In this document: piece by piece, positions 19,537 to 28,633 of the stretch
How positions within the stretch are numbered: the stretch's first letter is position 1
Layout of the letters: the number at the start of each line of letters is the position of its first letter
Assembly (NCBI RefSeq): GCF_965208055.1
Contig: NZ_CBDBNY010000004.1
Location: forward strand, 320,045 to 384,044
Length of the DNA stretch: 64,000 nt
DNA from: Candidatus Palauibacter sp.
GTDB taxonomy: Bacteria > Gemmatimonadota > Gemmatimonadetes > Palauibacterales > Palauibacteraceae
Direction: 5' to 3'
Notes under the pieces: generated by a model
Seen by the model: only the letters and a program-made list of their open reading frames with translations
Databases searched by the model: none
Told to the model about the DNA's origin: nothing
Made by a program: the position numbers and the translations under genes

Positions 19537-21186
19537 GTGCCGGATGCCCGAAACGGGCCGCTCGTGAAATACGATCTGCGGGTGCTCCGCGGCGATCTTT
19601 TCGGAGGCGCCACGTCGGCGGTGGTGGCGCTCCCGGTGTCGCTCGCCTTCGGCGTCGCGTCGGGCCTCGGCGCGGTCGCCGGGCTCTACGGCGCGATCGC
19701 CGTCGGCTTCTTCGCGGCCGTCTTCGGCGGCAACCGGTTCCAAATGTCCGGTCCCACCCCTTCAATGACCGTCGCCATGGCGGTCGTAGTGACCACGCAT
19801 GCGTCGACGCTGAGCGAGGCCTTCACCGTGGTGGTGCTGGCGGGGCTGATCCAGATTGCGCTGGGTCTCTTGAAGGCCGGGCGCTTCGTCGTCTACACGC
19901 CGCACGCCGTCATCTCGGGGTTCATGTCCGGGATCGGCGTCATCGTCATGCTCATCCAGACGCTGCCGTTCCTCGGCGCCGCTCCGGCGGAGGGCGGTCC
20001 CATCGGCGCCATGCGGGCGCTGCCGGCGGTCGTGGCCAACATGAACGCGAGCGCGTTGGCCATCGGCGCGGTCACGCTCACGGCCGGCATCTGCTGGCCT
20101 CGGCGGTGGTCACGCCTGCTGCCGGGTCCGCTCGTCGCCCTCATCGTCGGAACGGCGCTTGGCCTGTTTTGGCTGACCGACGTCCCCGTCATCGGCGCCA
20201 TCCCGACCAGCCTGCCGGAGATCCAATTCGGTCTGCCGTCCTTCGGTTTTCTGGCCCAGGCCTTTCATGCGGCGCTCATCCTGGCCCTCCTCGGTTCGGT
20301 CGACAGTCTTCTCACGTCGCTCGTGGCCGACTCGCTGACCGGCACGCAGCACGACTCGAACCGCGAACTCGTCGGCCAGGGCATCGGCAACGTCGTCTCC
20401 GGCCTGTTCGGAGGGTTGCCGGGCGCGGGCGCGACGATGGGGACGGTCGTCAACATCCGCGCCGGCGGTCTCACGCGGATGTCCGGCGCCCTGCGCGCCA
20501 TCTTCCTGCTGGGGGTTCTGCTGGGCCTGGGGCCGTTTCTGGAACCCATTCCGCACGCCGTGCTGGCCGGCATCCTGATCAAGGTCGGGTGGGACATCAT
20601 CGACTGGCCCCTTCTGGTCCGCATCCACCGCCTCCGCCGCGACCAGCTCTTCGTCATGGTGCTGACGCTCGGCCTGACCGTGTTCGTCGACCTCGTGACC
20701 GCGGTCGCGATCGGTCTCATCGTCGCGGGGATGGCTCACGCACGGCAGCTGGAGGGCCTTGAACTCGACAACGTCCTTTCCGTCCCGCTGCTCGACCGCA
20801 CGTTCTTCGCCGGACTCGAGGGCGCGGACGCGATGGGCGAATACTCCGCCAGGGTGGGCCTGGTGCAGCTGCGGGGCGCCTTCACCGTCGCGTCGTCCCA
20901 CAAGCTGGTCGGCGTCATTGGGAAGGACATCAAGGACCACGAGATCGTCATCTTCGACTTCTCCGCCGCCACTTATGTGGATGACAGCGCCGCCATGCTC
21001 ATTCGGCAGCTTTTGGACGTGGGGGAGAGCGAAGACACCGAGGTCATCGTCCTGTCGGTCTCCGGAGCCGTAGACAAGACGCTGCGCGCGCTCGACATCC
21101 TGTCGGGCGTGCCCGAGGAGCATATCGTCGAGACGAGGGATGAGGCTCGCGTGGTGGCGCTGGACCTGCTCAACGCCGGAAACTGA
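19537..21186 (+). CDS. SulP/SLC26 anion transporter with STAS domain (BicA-like)
   Basis: GDLFGGATSAVVALPVSLAFGVASG, SGPT, DSLLTS, NRELVGQGIGN, YVDDSAA. Start is 19537 or 19564. Confidence 0.92.
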   Translation: MPDARNGPLVKYDLRVLRGDLFGGATSAVVALPVSLAFGVASGLGAVAGLYGAIAVGFFAAVFGGNRFQMSGPTPSMTVAMAVVVTTHASTLSEAFTVVVLAGLIQIALGLLKAGRFVVYTPHAVISGFMSGIGVIVMLIQTLPFLGAAPAEGGPIGAMRALPAVVANMNASALAIGAVTLTAGICWPRRWSRLLPGPLVALIVGTALGLFWLTDVPVIGAIPTSLPEIQFGLPSFGFLAQAFHAALILALLGSVDSLLTSLVADSLTGTQHDSNRELVGQGIGNVVSGLFGGLPGAGATMGTVVNIRAGGLTRMSGALRAIFLLGVLLGLGPFLEPIPHAVLAGILIKVGWDIIDWPLLVRIHRLRRDQLFVMVLTLGLTVFVDLVTAVAIGLIVAGMAHARQLEGLELDNVLSVPLLDRTFFAGLEGADAMGEYSARVGLVQLRGAFTVASSHKLVGVIGKDIKDHEIVIFDFSAATYVDDSAAMLIRQLLDVGESEDTEVIVLSVSGAVDKTLRALDILSGVPEEHIVETRDEARVVALDLLNAGN

Positions 21187-21366
21187 GACGGTGGAGAGGT
21201 CGCAACCCTCCTCGGAAGGAGGACTTTGGCATGCGCAGGGTCCCCCGTCGAGGCACGCGGTTCTCTGGCGGTCTCTGGCGCCGCGTGGTTAGCTTCCTCC
21301 CCCCGCCGGGGATCGGTGTTCCCTCACGCGGTAAGCCACGCGATCAATACCGAAGGGGGATCCACG

Positions 21367-23856
21367 GTGCCCAGGAGACCTTGTCCGCCAACGTTCAGTG
21401 CCCCTGTCGCGTTAGCTTGTGGACTGGTCCTTTCGGGTTGTTCGGAGAGGGACCTCGACTCGCTGGGTCCCGCACCTCCTCCCAGCAATGGGGAAGTCTA
21501 CATGGACGGCTTCTCCCCGGGCCTTGAGTACCAGGCCTTCGGCGGCTCCAAGGTCGATGCGCTCGACATCGATGAGACCGGCGGACGCGCCGGAACGCCG
21601 AGCCTGAAGTTCACGATTCCGCTGCCGAACGATCCCGCCGGCAGCTACGCGGGCGGCGTATTCGTCGGCAGGCCGCCCCGCGACCTCTCCGGCTTCACGG
21701 CGCTCACTTTCTGGACCCGGGCGAGGCAGGCGGCCACGCTAAACACCGTGGGCTTCGGAAACGACAACAGCGGCAACTCGAGATTCCCCGCCGAAGCGGG
21801 GGATGTGACCGTGTCGACGACATGGAGCAAGGTCATTCTTCCCATTCCGGACCCCTCGAAACTGAGTAGCGAAGGTGGCCTGTTCTTCCTCGCCGAAGGG
21901 GCGGAGAACAACCAGGGCAACGAGATCTGGTTCGACGAAGTCCAGTTCGAGGATGTGCGTACGATCGCGAATCCGCGTCCCGCCATCGCGACCGCGACGG
22001 TCGCGGGCGAACCCGGGGGCACGGCCCGGGTGATGGGGACGCAGGTCACGTACGACGTGGGCGGATTCGACCGGGTCATGAAGGCGAGTCCGGCCTACTT
22101 CAGCTTCGGTTCCTCGGATCCGGGCGTCGTCACGGTCGACGCCGATGGCCAGATGACGTTCGTCGGGTTGGGCACGGCGACGGTCACCGCCTCCCTCGGT
22201 GGCGCGCAGGCGGACGGTGCGGTCACGGTCACCGTGGCGGCGTCGCCCGACGGCGGACCTCCCGCTCCGACGCGGTCCGCCGAGAACGTGATCTCACTCT
22301 TCAGCGACGCGTACGACGACGTCACCGTGGACACCTGGTCGGCCGAATGGGACCAGGCCGATGCCGAGGACGTCCAGTTCGCGGGCGACAACGTCAAGAA
22401 GTATTCGAATCTCAACTTCGCGGGAATCGAATTCATCTCCGCGCCGATCGATGCCTCGGCGATGAGCCACTTACACTTCGATTTGTGGACCGGCGATGAA
22501 ACGGCTCCGCCGGCAGCTTTCCGGGTGAAGCTCGTAGACTTCGGCCCCAATGGCGCCTTCGGCGGGGACGACGACAGCGAGCACGAAATCGCCCTGACTG
22601 CGGAATCGGGTCTGGCCTCCCGAACGTGGGTGAGTTTCGACGTGCCGCTGACGGACTTCGCGGGCCTCGCGGCCACATCCAGCCTGGCGCAGCTCATCAT
22701 CTCGGGCGACCCGAATACGGTCTATCTTGACAACATCTACTTCTGGGGTGAGGGGATGCCACCTCCGCCGCCTCCTCCCCCACCGGCGCCGATGGAGCCA
22801 TCGGAACCGGCGCCCACGCCGGAGCAGGATGCCGGAGACGTGATCTCGCTGTTCAGCGACGCGTACGAGGATGTGGCCGTAGAGACCTGGTCGGCGGAGT
22901 GGGACCAGGCCGACGTGGAGGACGTCCAGGTTGCGGGCGACAACATGAAGAAATACACCAATCTGGTCTTTGCCGGCGTGACGTTCACGTCGGCGCCGGT
23001 CGATGCCTCGGGAATGACGCACTTCCACGTGGATGCGTGGACGCCCGACCCGACGGCGGAGCCGGCCGCGCTGCGGCTGAAGCTGGTCGACTTCGGTCCG
23101 AACGGGGTCCACGACGGCGGGGGAGACGACAGCGAGCACGAGGTCTCGCTCACGGCGGCCTCGACCCCGGCGCTCGCGACCGGGATGTGGCTGAGCTACG
23201 ACCTTGCGTTCGAGGAACTGTCAGGGCTCGCGGGCAGGACGAGCTTGGCGCAGTTCATCATCTCCGGCGACCCGAACACGTTGTTCGTCGACAACGTCTA
23301 CTTCTACGGGGAGAGCGCACCGGCGCCGACCGAGCCGCCAATAGCCGCGCCGACACCGGCTGCGGCCGCGGCCGACGTGATTTCGCTGTTCAGCGACGCG
23401 TACGAAGACGTGACGGTGGATACCTGGTCTGCGGACTGGGACCAGGGAGACGTCGCGGATGTCGAGATCGACGGGAACGCGGCGAAAATGTACTCCAACG
23501 TCGTTTTCGTCGGCGTGGAGTTCACCTCGGCGACGGTCGACGCCTCGGAAATGACCCACTTTCACATCGACCTCTGGACCGCGGACGAGACCGCCGATCC
23601 GGCGGCGTTCAGGGTGAAGCTCGTTGACTTCGGCGCAAACGGCGTGCACGACGGCGGGGGCGATGACAGCGAGCACGAATTGTCGCTGACGGCGGCCTCG
23701 GATCCGTCCCTCGCTTCCGGAGTCTGGCTCAGCTACGACGTCTCCCTGTCGGACTTCTCCGGTCTCGCGGAGACGGGCCATCTGGCGCAGCTCATCTTTT
23801 CGGGCGATCTCGGCACGTTCTGGATCGATAACGTCTACTTACGACGCGACCAGTGA
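21367..23856 (+). CDS. Multimodular lipoprotein, putative glycan-binding protein (CBM-like domain, Ig-like domain, three ~180-aa repeats)
   Basis: GTG after GAAGGGGGA; lipobox LSGC; SSDPGVVTVDADG (Big_2-like); three VISLFSDAY..KLVDFG..DNxY modules; GTGA-coupled to GH16. Confidence 0.78.
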   Translation: MPRRPCPPTFSAPVALACGLVLSGCSERDLDSLGPAPPPSNGEVYMDGFSPGLEYQAFGGSKVDALDIDETGGRAGTPSLKFTIPLPNDPAGSYAGGVFVGRPPRDLSGFTALTFWTRARQAATLNTVGFGNDNSGNSRFPAEAGDVTVSTTWSKVILPIPDPSKLSSEGGLFFLAEGAENNQGNEIWFDEVQFEDVRTIANPRPAIATATVAGEPGGTARVMGTQVTYDVGGFDRVMKASPAYFSFGSSDPGVVTVDADGQMTFVGLGTATVTASLGGAQADGAVTVTVAASPDGGPPAPTRSAENVISLFSDAYDDVTVDTWSAEWDQADAEDVQFAGDNVKKYSNLNFAGIEFISAPIDASAMSHLHFDLWTGDETAPPAAFRVKLVDFGPNGAFGGDDDSEHEIALTAESGLASRTWVSFDVPLTDFAGLAATSSLAQLIISGDPNTVYLDNIYFWGEGMPPPPPPPPPAPMEPSEPAPTPEQDAGDVISLFSDAYEDVAVETWSAEWDQADVEDVQVAGDNMKKYTNLVFAGVTFTSAPVDASGMTHFHVDAWTPDPTAEPAALRLKLVDFGPNGVHDGGGDDSEHEVSLTAASTPALATGMWLSYDLAFEELSGLAGRTSLAQFIISGDPNTLFVDNVYFYGESAPAPTEPPIAAPTPAAAAADVISLFSDAYEDVTVDTWSADWDQGDVADVEIDGNAAKMYSNVVFVGVEFTSATVDASEMTHFHIDLWTADETADPAAFRVKLVDFGANGVHDGGGDDSEHELSLTAASDPSLASGVWLSYDVSLSDFSGLAETGHLAQLIFSGDLGTFWIDNVYLRRDQ
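22255..23853 (+). repeat. Three tandem intragenic domain repeats, spacing 552 and 537 bp
   Basis: VISLFSDAY codons begin at 22288, 22840 and 23377; Pro-rich linkers between copies. Confidence 0.92.
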
Positions 23857-24707
23857 ACGGCGGGCACGCGCCGCCGCGGTTCCGACTGATCGTGAAGGTC
23901 TGTTCTCTAATGGGCCCCCTGGCGGCTCTCGTCATCATCGCGGCGGCGTGCGGCGGCGAGGGTGAACCCACGGCCCCGAGTCGGGCGCAGCTGATCTGGG
24001 AGGACGAATTCGATGGGCCGGCCGGCCAGCTGCCGGATCCGTCGCGCTGGACGTTCGACATCGGCACCGACTGGGGGAACCGGCAACTGGAGTTCGACAC
24101 GGACCGTCCCGAGAACGTCTCGCTCGACGGAAACGGGAACCTGGCCATCACGGCGCGCCGCGAGGCGTTCAGCGGCAGCCAGTTCACCTCCGGCCGGATC
24201 AAGACCCAGGGGCTGTTCGAGCAGGCATACGGACGCTTCGAGGCCCGAATCGACCTCCCCTCCGGGCGGGGCATCTGGCCCGCCTTCTGGCTGTTGGGCG
24301 CCGACATCGACGCGGTCGGCTGGCCGGAGTGCGGCGAGATCGACGTCATGGAATTCCGCGGTCAGGAACCGTCCATCGTGCACGGCAGCCTGCACGGGCC
24401 GGGCTACTCGGCCGGCAACGCCGTGACGGCGCGGTACACGCTGAACAACGACCGCTTCGACACGGGTTTTCACACCTTCGCCGTCGAGTGGACTGAAGAC
24501 CGGATCGAGTGGTTCGTGGACGGAGAGCGCTACCAGTCGATCGGGCGTGACGAAGTGCCCGGGCGGTGGGCGTACGATCATCCTTTTTTCGTCATCCTCA
24601 ACGTCGCGGTGGGTGGCGGTTTCGTCGGCCCGCCGGGTGAGAGCACGGCCTTCCCGCAGACGATGCTTGTCGATTGGGTGCGAGTGTACGGTATCGACGA
24701 CTCGTGA
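23853..24707 (+). CDS. GH16 endo-beta-1,3-glucanase (laminarinase type), probable lipoprotein
   Basis: WEDEFDG, FTSGRIKT, GIWPAFWLLG, catalytic EIDVME, ILNVAVGG, VDWVRVY; AAAC lipobox. Confidence 0.93.
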   Translation: MNGGHAPPRFRLIVKVCSLMGPLAALVIIAAACGGEGEPTAPSRAQLIWEDEFDGPAGQLPDPSRWTFDIGTDWGNRQLEFDTDRPENVSLDGNGNLAITARREAFSGSQFTSGRIKTQGLFEQAYGRFEARIDLPSGRGIWPAFWLLGADIDAVGWPECGEIDVMEFRGQEPSIVHGSLHGPGYSAGNAVTARYTLNNDRFDTGFHTFAVEWTEDRIEWFVDGERYQSIGRDEVPGRWAYDHPFFVILNVAVGGGFVGPPGESTAFPQTMLVDWVRVYGIDDS

Positions 24708-26767
24708 CCCACCGCACGGCCCCTGAAGACCGGATCTCCTTCCCGCACAAGATCGCCTACGGGGTCGGCGGCTTCGTAAACAACCTGCTCGCACAGGGCA
24801 TCGGCGGCATGACCGTCGTACTCACGCTGGCCCTCGGCATGGATTTCCGGCTCGTGGGCCTGCTCGGCATGCTGCCGAGGTTCTTCGATGCGATCACCGA
24901 CCCACTCGTCGGTTTCATCTCCGACCGGTCGCGTTCCCGCTGGGGCCGGCGCCGACCGTTCCTTTTCGTCGGGGCCATCGCCTCGGGGGTCATCTTCGCG
25001 CTCCTGTGGCAGATGCCTGCGCCCACGCAGTTCCGGCTGAAGTTGGTGGACTACGGCGCGGACGGGGTGTACAGCGGCGGCGTCACCGGCGAGCCGGTCA
25101 GCATATTCGAGGCCATCGGGGAGTCGCTGCGCGACATCGTGACCGTTGAAGTCATGGACGATGTCGAGGACGAGGTCACGATCCTTCCCCCGACGCTCGT
25201 CACCGGTGCCTGGGTCGGCATCGACGTGCCGCTCTCCGACTTCGACGAACTCACCACGCGCGAGCACCTGTCCCAGATCCTGATTTCGGGCGACCTCACC
25301 GAAGTGTACGTCGACAACGTGTATCTCTACCGGACGGACGACACGACGAGGATCGCGACGTCGGGGGAGGACCGGGAGGGCTTGGCGGCGCCCGACGCGC
25401 CAGCGCGGCTGCCCGCGGTCCCGGCAGAGGATGTGATTTCGTTCTTCAGCGACGCGTATGACGACGTTGGGGTGGATTTCTGGTCCGCCGACTGGGACGA
25501 GGCCGATGTGGCGGACGCCCGGGCCGCCGGCGACGACGTCAAGCACTACACGAACCTCAGGTTCGCCGGCATCGACTTCGGCGAGCAGCCCGTGGACGCG
25601 AGCGCGATGACGCACGTACACATGGACATCTGGACCCCGGAGACCACGGGCGAGGGCCGGAGCCAGGCGTACTATTTCTGGTACTTCCTGGTCGGCTCGC
25701 TGATCTTCTTCCTCGCCTACACCATCTTCGCCACGCCCTGGGTCGCGCTGGGGTACGAACTTACGCCCGACTTCCACGAGCGCACACGGCTGATGGGCGT
25801 GCAGAACTTCGTCGGCAACGTCGCCTTCGTCATGGCGCCCTGGTTCCTCGTCGTGATGACGAATCCGGCGTGGTTCCGGAACCAGATGGCCGGAGCGAGG
25901 TTCCTGGCGCTCGCCATCTGCGTCACGGTAATCCTGCTCGGAGTGCTGCCGGCGATTTTCCTCCGCGAACGAGTGCCCGGGGCGGCTGGAGACCAGGAGC
26001 AGAGTAGCGGCCGGGAGGCCGTGGGCGAGTTCTTCGGAGGCCTCTGGCAGACGGTCAGGACCGGCCCCTTCCTTCTGCTTTGCATCGCGACTTTCCTGAT
26101 CTTCAACAGCTTCATCATGATTTCGGCGTTCCAGTTCTGGGTGTTCGTGTATTACGTGTCCGGCGGCAACGTCGCGGATGGGGCGTCGCTCGCCGGACTC
26201 GTCGGCACGCTCGGCATCGCAGGCGGATTCGCGGTGATCGCGATCGTGACCTGGCTGGGCACGAAGATCGGTAAGCGGAACGCCTTCTTCGTCTCCACCG
26301 GGATCTCGATGTTCGGCTATGCGCTGAAGTGGTTCTGCTACCACCCCGAGTATCCGATGCTCGCCCTGCTTCCGGCTCCCTTCCTGGCCTTCGGGCTGGG
26401 CGGCTTGTTCACGCTGATGGGATCCATGATCGCGGACGTGGTGGACCTCGATGAACTAAGCACGGGCGAGCGGCGCGAGGGGATGTTCGGATCGGTGTAC
26501 TGGTGGGTCGTAAAGGTGGGGCAGAGCATCGCGCTGGGCGCGGGAGGCTTCCTGCTCGCCTCGACGGGACTCGACATCGACCTCGGCGCCAACCAGGCCG
26601 CGCGGACCATCACCTTGCTACGCGTCTACGACGCTGTCGTCCCTCTCGTCGCATCCGCGATCGCGATCCTCGCGATCTACAAGTACCCGATCACTGAGAC
26701 GACGGCTCTGAAGGTGCGGGCCGAACTGGAGCAGCGGAGAGGTGGCGGCGCGGAAGCCACCGCCTAG
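24704..26767 (+). CDS. GPH/MelB-type MFS sugar symporter with a ~205-aa soluble insert
   Basis: KIAYGVG, DAITDPLVGFISD, RWGRRRPF, ALGYELT..ERT, MIADVVD.DEL..GERREG; hydrophilic insert at about 25028-25642. Confidence 0.9.
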   Translation: MTHRTAPEDRISFPHKIAYGVGGFVNNLLAQGIGGMTVVLTLALGMDFRLVGLLGMLPRFFDAITDPLVGFISDRSRSRWGRRRPFLFVGAIASGVIFALLWQMPAPTQFRLKLVDYGADGVYSGGVTGEPVSIFEAIGESLRDIVTVEVMDDVEDEVTILPPTLVTGAWVGIDVPLSDFDELTTREHLSQILISGDLTEVYVDNVYLYRTDDTTRIATSGEDREGLAAPDAPARLPAVPAEDVISFFSDAYDDVGVDFWSADWDEADVADARAAGDDVKHYTNLRFAGIDFGEQPVDASAMTHVHMDIWTPETTGEGRSQAYYFWYFLVGSLIFFLAYTIFATPWVALGYELTPDFHERTRLMGVQNFVGNVAFVMAPWFLVVMTNPAWFRNQMAGARFLALAICVTVILLGVLPAIFLRERVPGAAGDQEQSSGREAVGEFFGGLWQTVRTGPFLLLCIATFLIFNSFIMISAFQFWVFVYYVSGGNVADGASLAGLVGTLGIAGGFAVIAIVTWLGTKIGKRNAFFVSTGISMFGYALKWFCYHPEYPMLALLPAPFLAFGLGGLFTLMGSMIADVVDLDELSTGERREGMFGSVYWWVVKVGQSIALGAGGFLLASTGLDIDLGANQAARTITLLRVYDAVVPLVASAIAILAIYKYPITETTALKVRAELEQRRGGGAEATA

Positions 26768-28608
26768 CCCGTTTCTTTTCCCAGCCGTGCACTGAACTCG
26801 AAGTCCGTCCTTAGTCCGTAGCCCACGGGGAACAGCGGCTCGGCGGGCTCTCCCCGGGCGACATCGTTCGCGGGCCAGGCATGTGCGAGCCGGCCCCGAA
26901 AGTCGTGGTCGCCGAACAACACCTGGGCGACGCCGGCCCCCTCGGAGCCCGGCAGCCATGCGGCCACGAACGCGTCCGCCGCCTCCAGTTCCTCCGTGAC
27001 GACCAGCGGCCGCCCGGAGACCAGCACGGCCACGACCGGGAGATCTCGCGCTCTCAGCGAACGAATGGTGGCGAGATCCTCGGGGTGCAGCCGCGACAGC
27101 CGCAGGGTGTCGCCGTAGGGGCGGAGAAGGCCGGGCCCCGGTGCGGGGGCCTGGGCCTCGTCCACGCTCGGAGTCTCCGGAGGGCTTCCAGTCCAGTCTC
27201 GGATGTCGCCCATGCCCTCGGCGTAAGGCTTCTCCCCAATCACGACGATGGCCGCTTCAAGATGTCCGTCGTCCTCCGCCCCATCGCTCTCGCCGAACAG
27301 GTGCGCGCGCGGTGCGATCTGCCTGATGCCCTCCCACACGGATGCGCCCCCCTCGATCCGGTCGTTCCCCCGTACGCCCTGCCATTCGACTGTGAAGCCC
27401 CCACACAGCGCCCCCCGGTCATGCGCGATGCGCCCCGCGACGAGTATCCGCGCGTCACGGTCGAGCGGAAGGACATTCCCTTCATTCTTCAGCAACACCA
27501 GCGACTTTCGTACGGCCTCCCTCGCCACGTTGCGGTGGTCCGCTGACCCGAAGCTGGCGTGGTTCGACCACTTGCGGGCGGCTGGACGCGGCTGGTCGAA
27601 GAGCCCGCAGGCCTCCTTCACGGCGAGGATCCGCCCCACCGCATCATCGATGCGCGCTTCCTCGACGTTTCCGGCCTTCACCTGTCTCACGACTTCCGAG
27701 ATGAAGCGCTGCCATTGCGCCGGAACCATGAAGAGGTCGATCCCCGCGTTGACCGACCTCGCGACGGCCTCGCCAAAATCGTCCGAGATGGCGAAGATGC
27801 CGTTCCAGTCCGACACGACGAGCCCGGAGAAGCCCAGCTCGCCCTTGAGCACCTCCGTGATGAGATACCGGTGCTCATGACAGAGAGTCCCGTTCCAGCT
27901 GCTGAGCGAGACCATGACCGCGAGTGCGCCGACCTCCAGCGCCGGACCATATGGAGACACGTGCGTTCTCCGCAGCTCCGCCTCCTCCGCCAGGGTCTCC
28001 CCCTGATCCACGCCGTCCATCGTGCCGCCGTCGCCGACCCAGTGCTTCGGACAAGCGAGGACTCCGCCGGCGCCGAGACCTGCCTGCAGACCCCGTACGA
28101 TCCGGGGAGCGTATTCGGCGACCAGATCCGGTACTTCGGCGAAGCTCTCGTAGGTTCGGCCCCAGCGGCAGTCACCGGCGACGGCCAGCGTGGGCGCCAG
28201 GTTCCAGTCCAGCCCGGTCGCCAGTACCTCGCGGGCGGTCACGCGGGCGACGCGTTCCACGAGTGCCGGGTCGTGGGCCGCGCCGAGCCCGATATTGTGT
28301 GGGAAGACGGTGGCGCCGAGCACATTGTTGTGCCCGTGGATGGCGTCTACCGCGTACAGGAGGGGGATCCCGGGCTGCCCGTCCGAGCCTTCCGCGGAGG
28401 CCGCCCAGTAGGCGTCGTTCATCGCCACCCAGTCGGCCGGGCGGTTCCGGCCGGGGAACGAGCCGCCTCCGCTGAGCACCGAACCCACGCCGAAGTCCCG
28501 CACCTGTTCCGGCGTGATGTGCAGCCTCTCGGCCTGCACCATCTGCGCCGCCTTGCGGTGGAGGCTCAGCCGGGAGAGCAGGCCCGCCATCCTGGGTGAT
28601 GGCTTCAT
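26764..28608 (-). CDS. GH3 beta-glucosidase / exo-glucanase, probably cytoplasmic
   Basis: DAIHGHNN, FPHNIGLGA, RWGRTYES, KHWVGDG, nucleophile SDWNG, GEKPYAEG, AWLPGSEG; no signal peptide. Confidence 0.93.
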   Translation of the reverse strand: MKPSPRMAGLLSRLSLHRKAAQMVQAERLHITPEQVRDFGVGSVLSGGGSFPGRNRPADWVAMNDAYWAASAEGSDGQPGIPLLYAVDAIHGHNNVLGATVFPHNIGLGAAHDPALVERVARVTAREVLATGLDWNLAPTLAVAGDCRWGRTYESFAEVPDLVAEYAPRIVRGLQAGLGAGGVLACPKHWVGDGGTMDGVDQGETLAEEAELRRTHVSPYGPALEVGALAVMVSLSSWNGTLCHEHRYLITEVLKGELGFSGLVVSDWNGIFAISDDFGEAVARSVNAGIDLFMVPAQWQRFISEVVRQVKAGNVEEARIDDAVGRILAVKEACGLFDQPRPAARKWSNHASFGSADHRNVAREAVRKSLVLLKNEGNVLPLDRDARILVAGRIAHDRGALCGGFTVEWQGVRGNDRIEGGASVWEGIRQIAPRAHLFGESDGAEDDGHLEAAIVVIGEKPYAEGMGDIRDWTGSPPETPSVDEAQAPAPGPGLLRPYGDTLRLSRLHPEDLATIRSLRARDLPVVAVLVSGRPLVVTEELEAADAFVAAWLPGSEGAGVAQVLFGDHDFRGRLAHAWPANDVARGEPAEPLFPVGYGLRTDFEFSARLGKETG

Positions 28609-28633
28609 GTACGTCGCAGAAACCTCGCCGCCG

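Noticed and set aside
19532-19567. Mini-ORF MPETGRS with AGGAGG RBS overlapping a possible SulP start
   Set aside because: Too short to tell from chance, or from a 1-bp error in the SulP 5' end.
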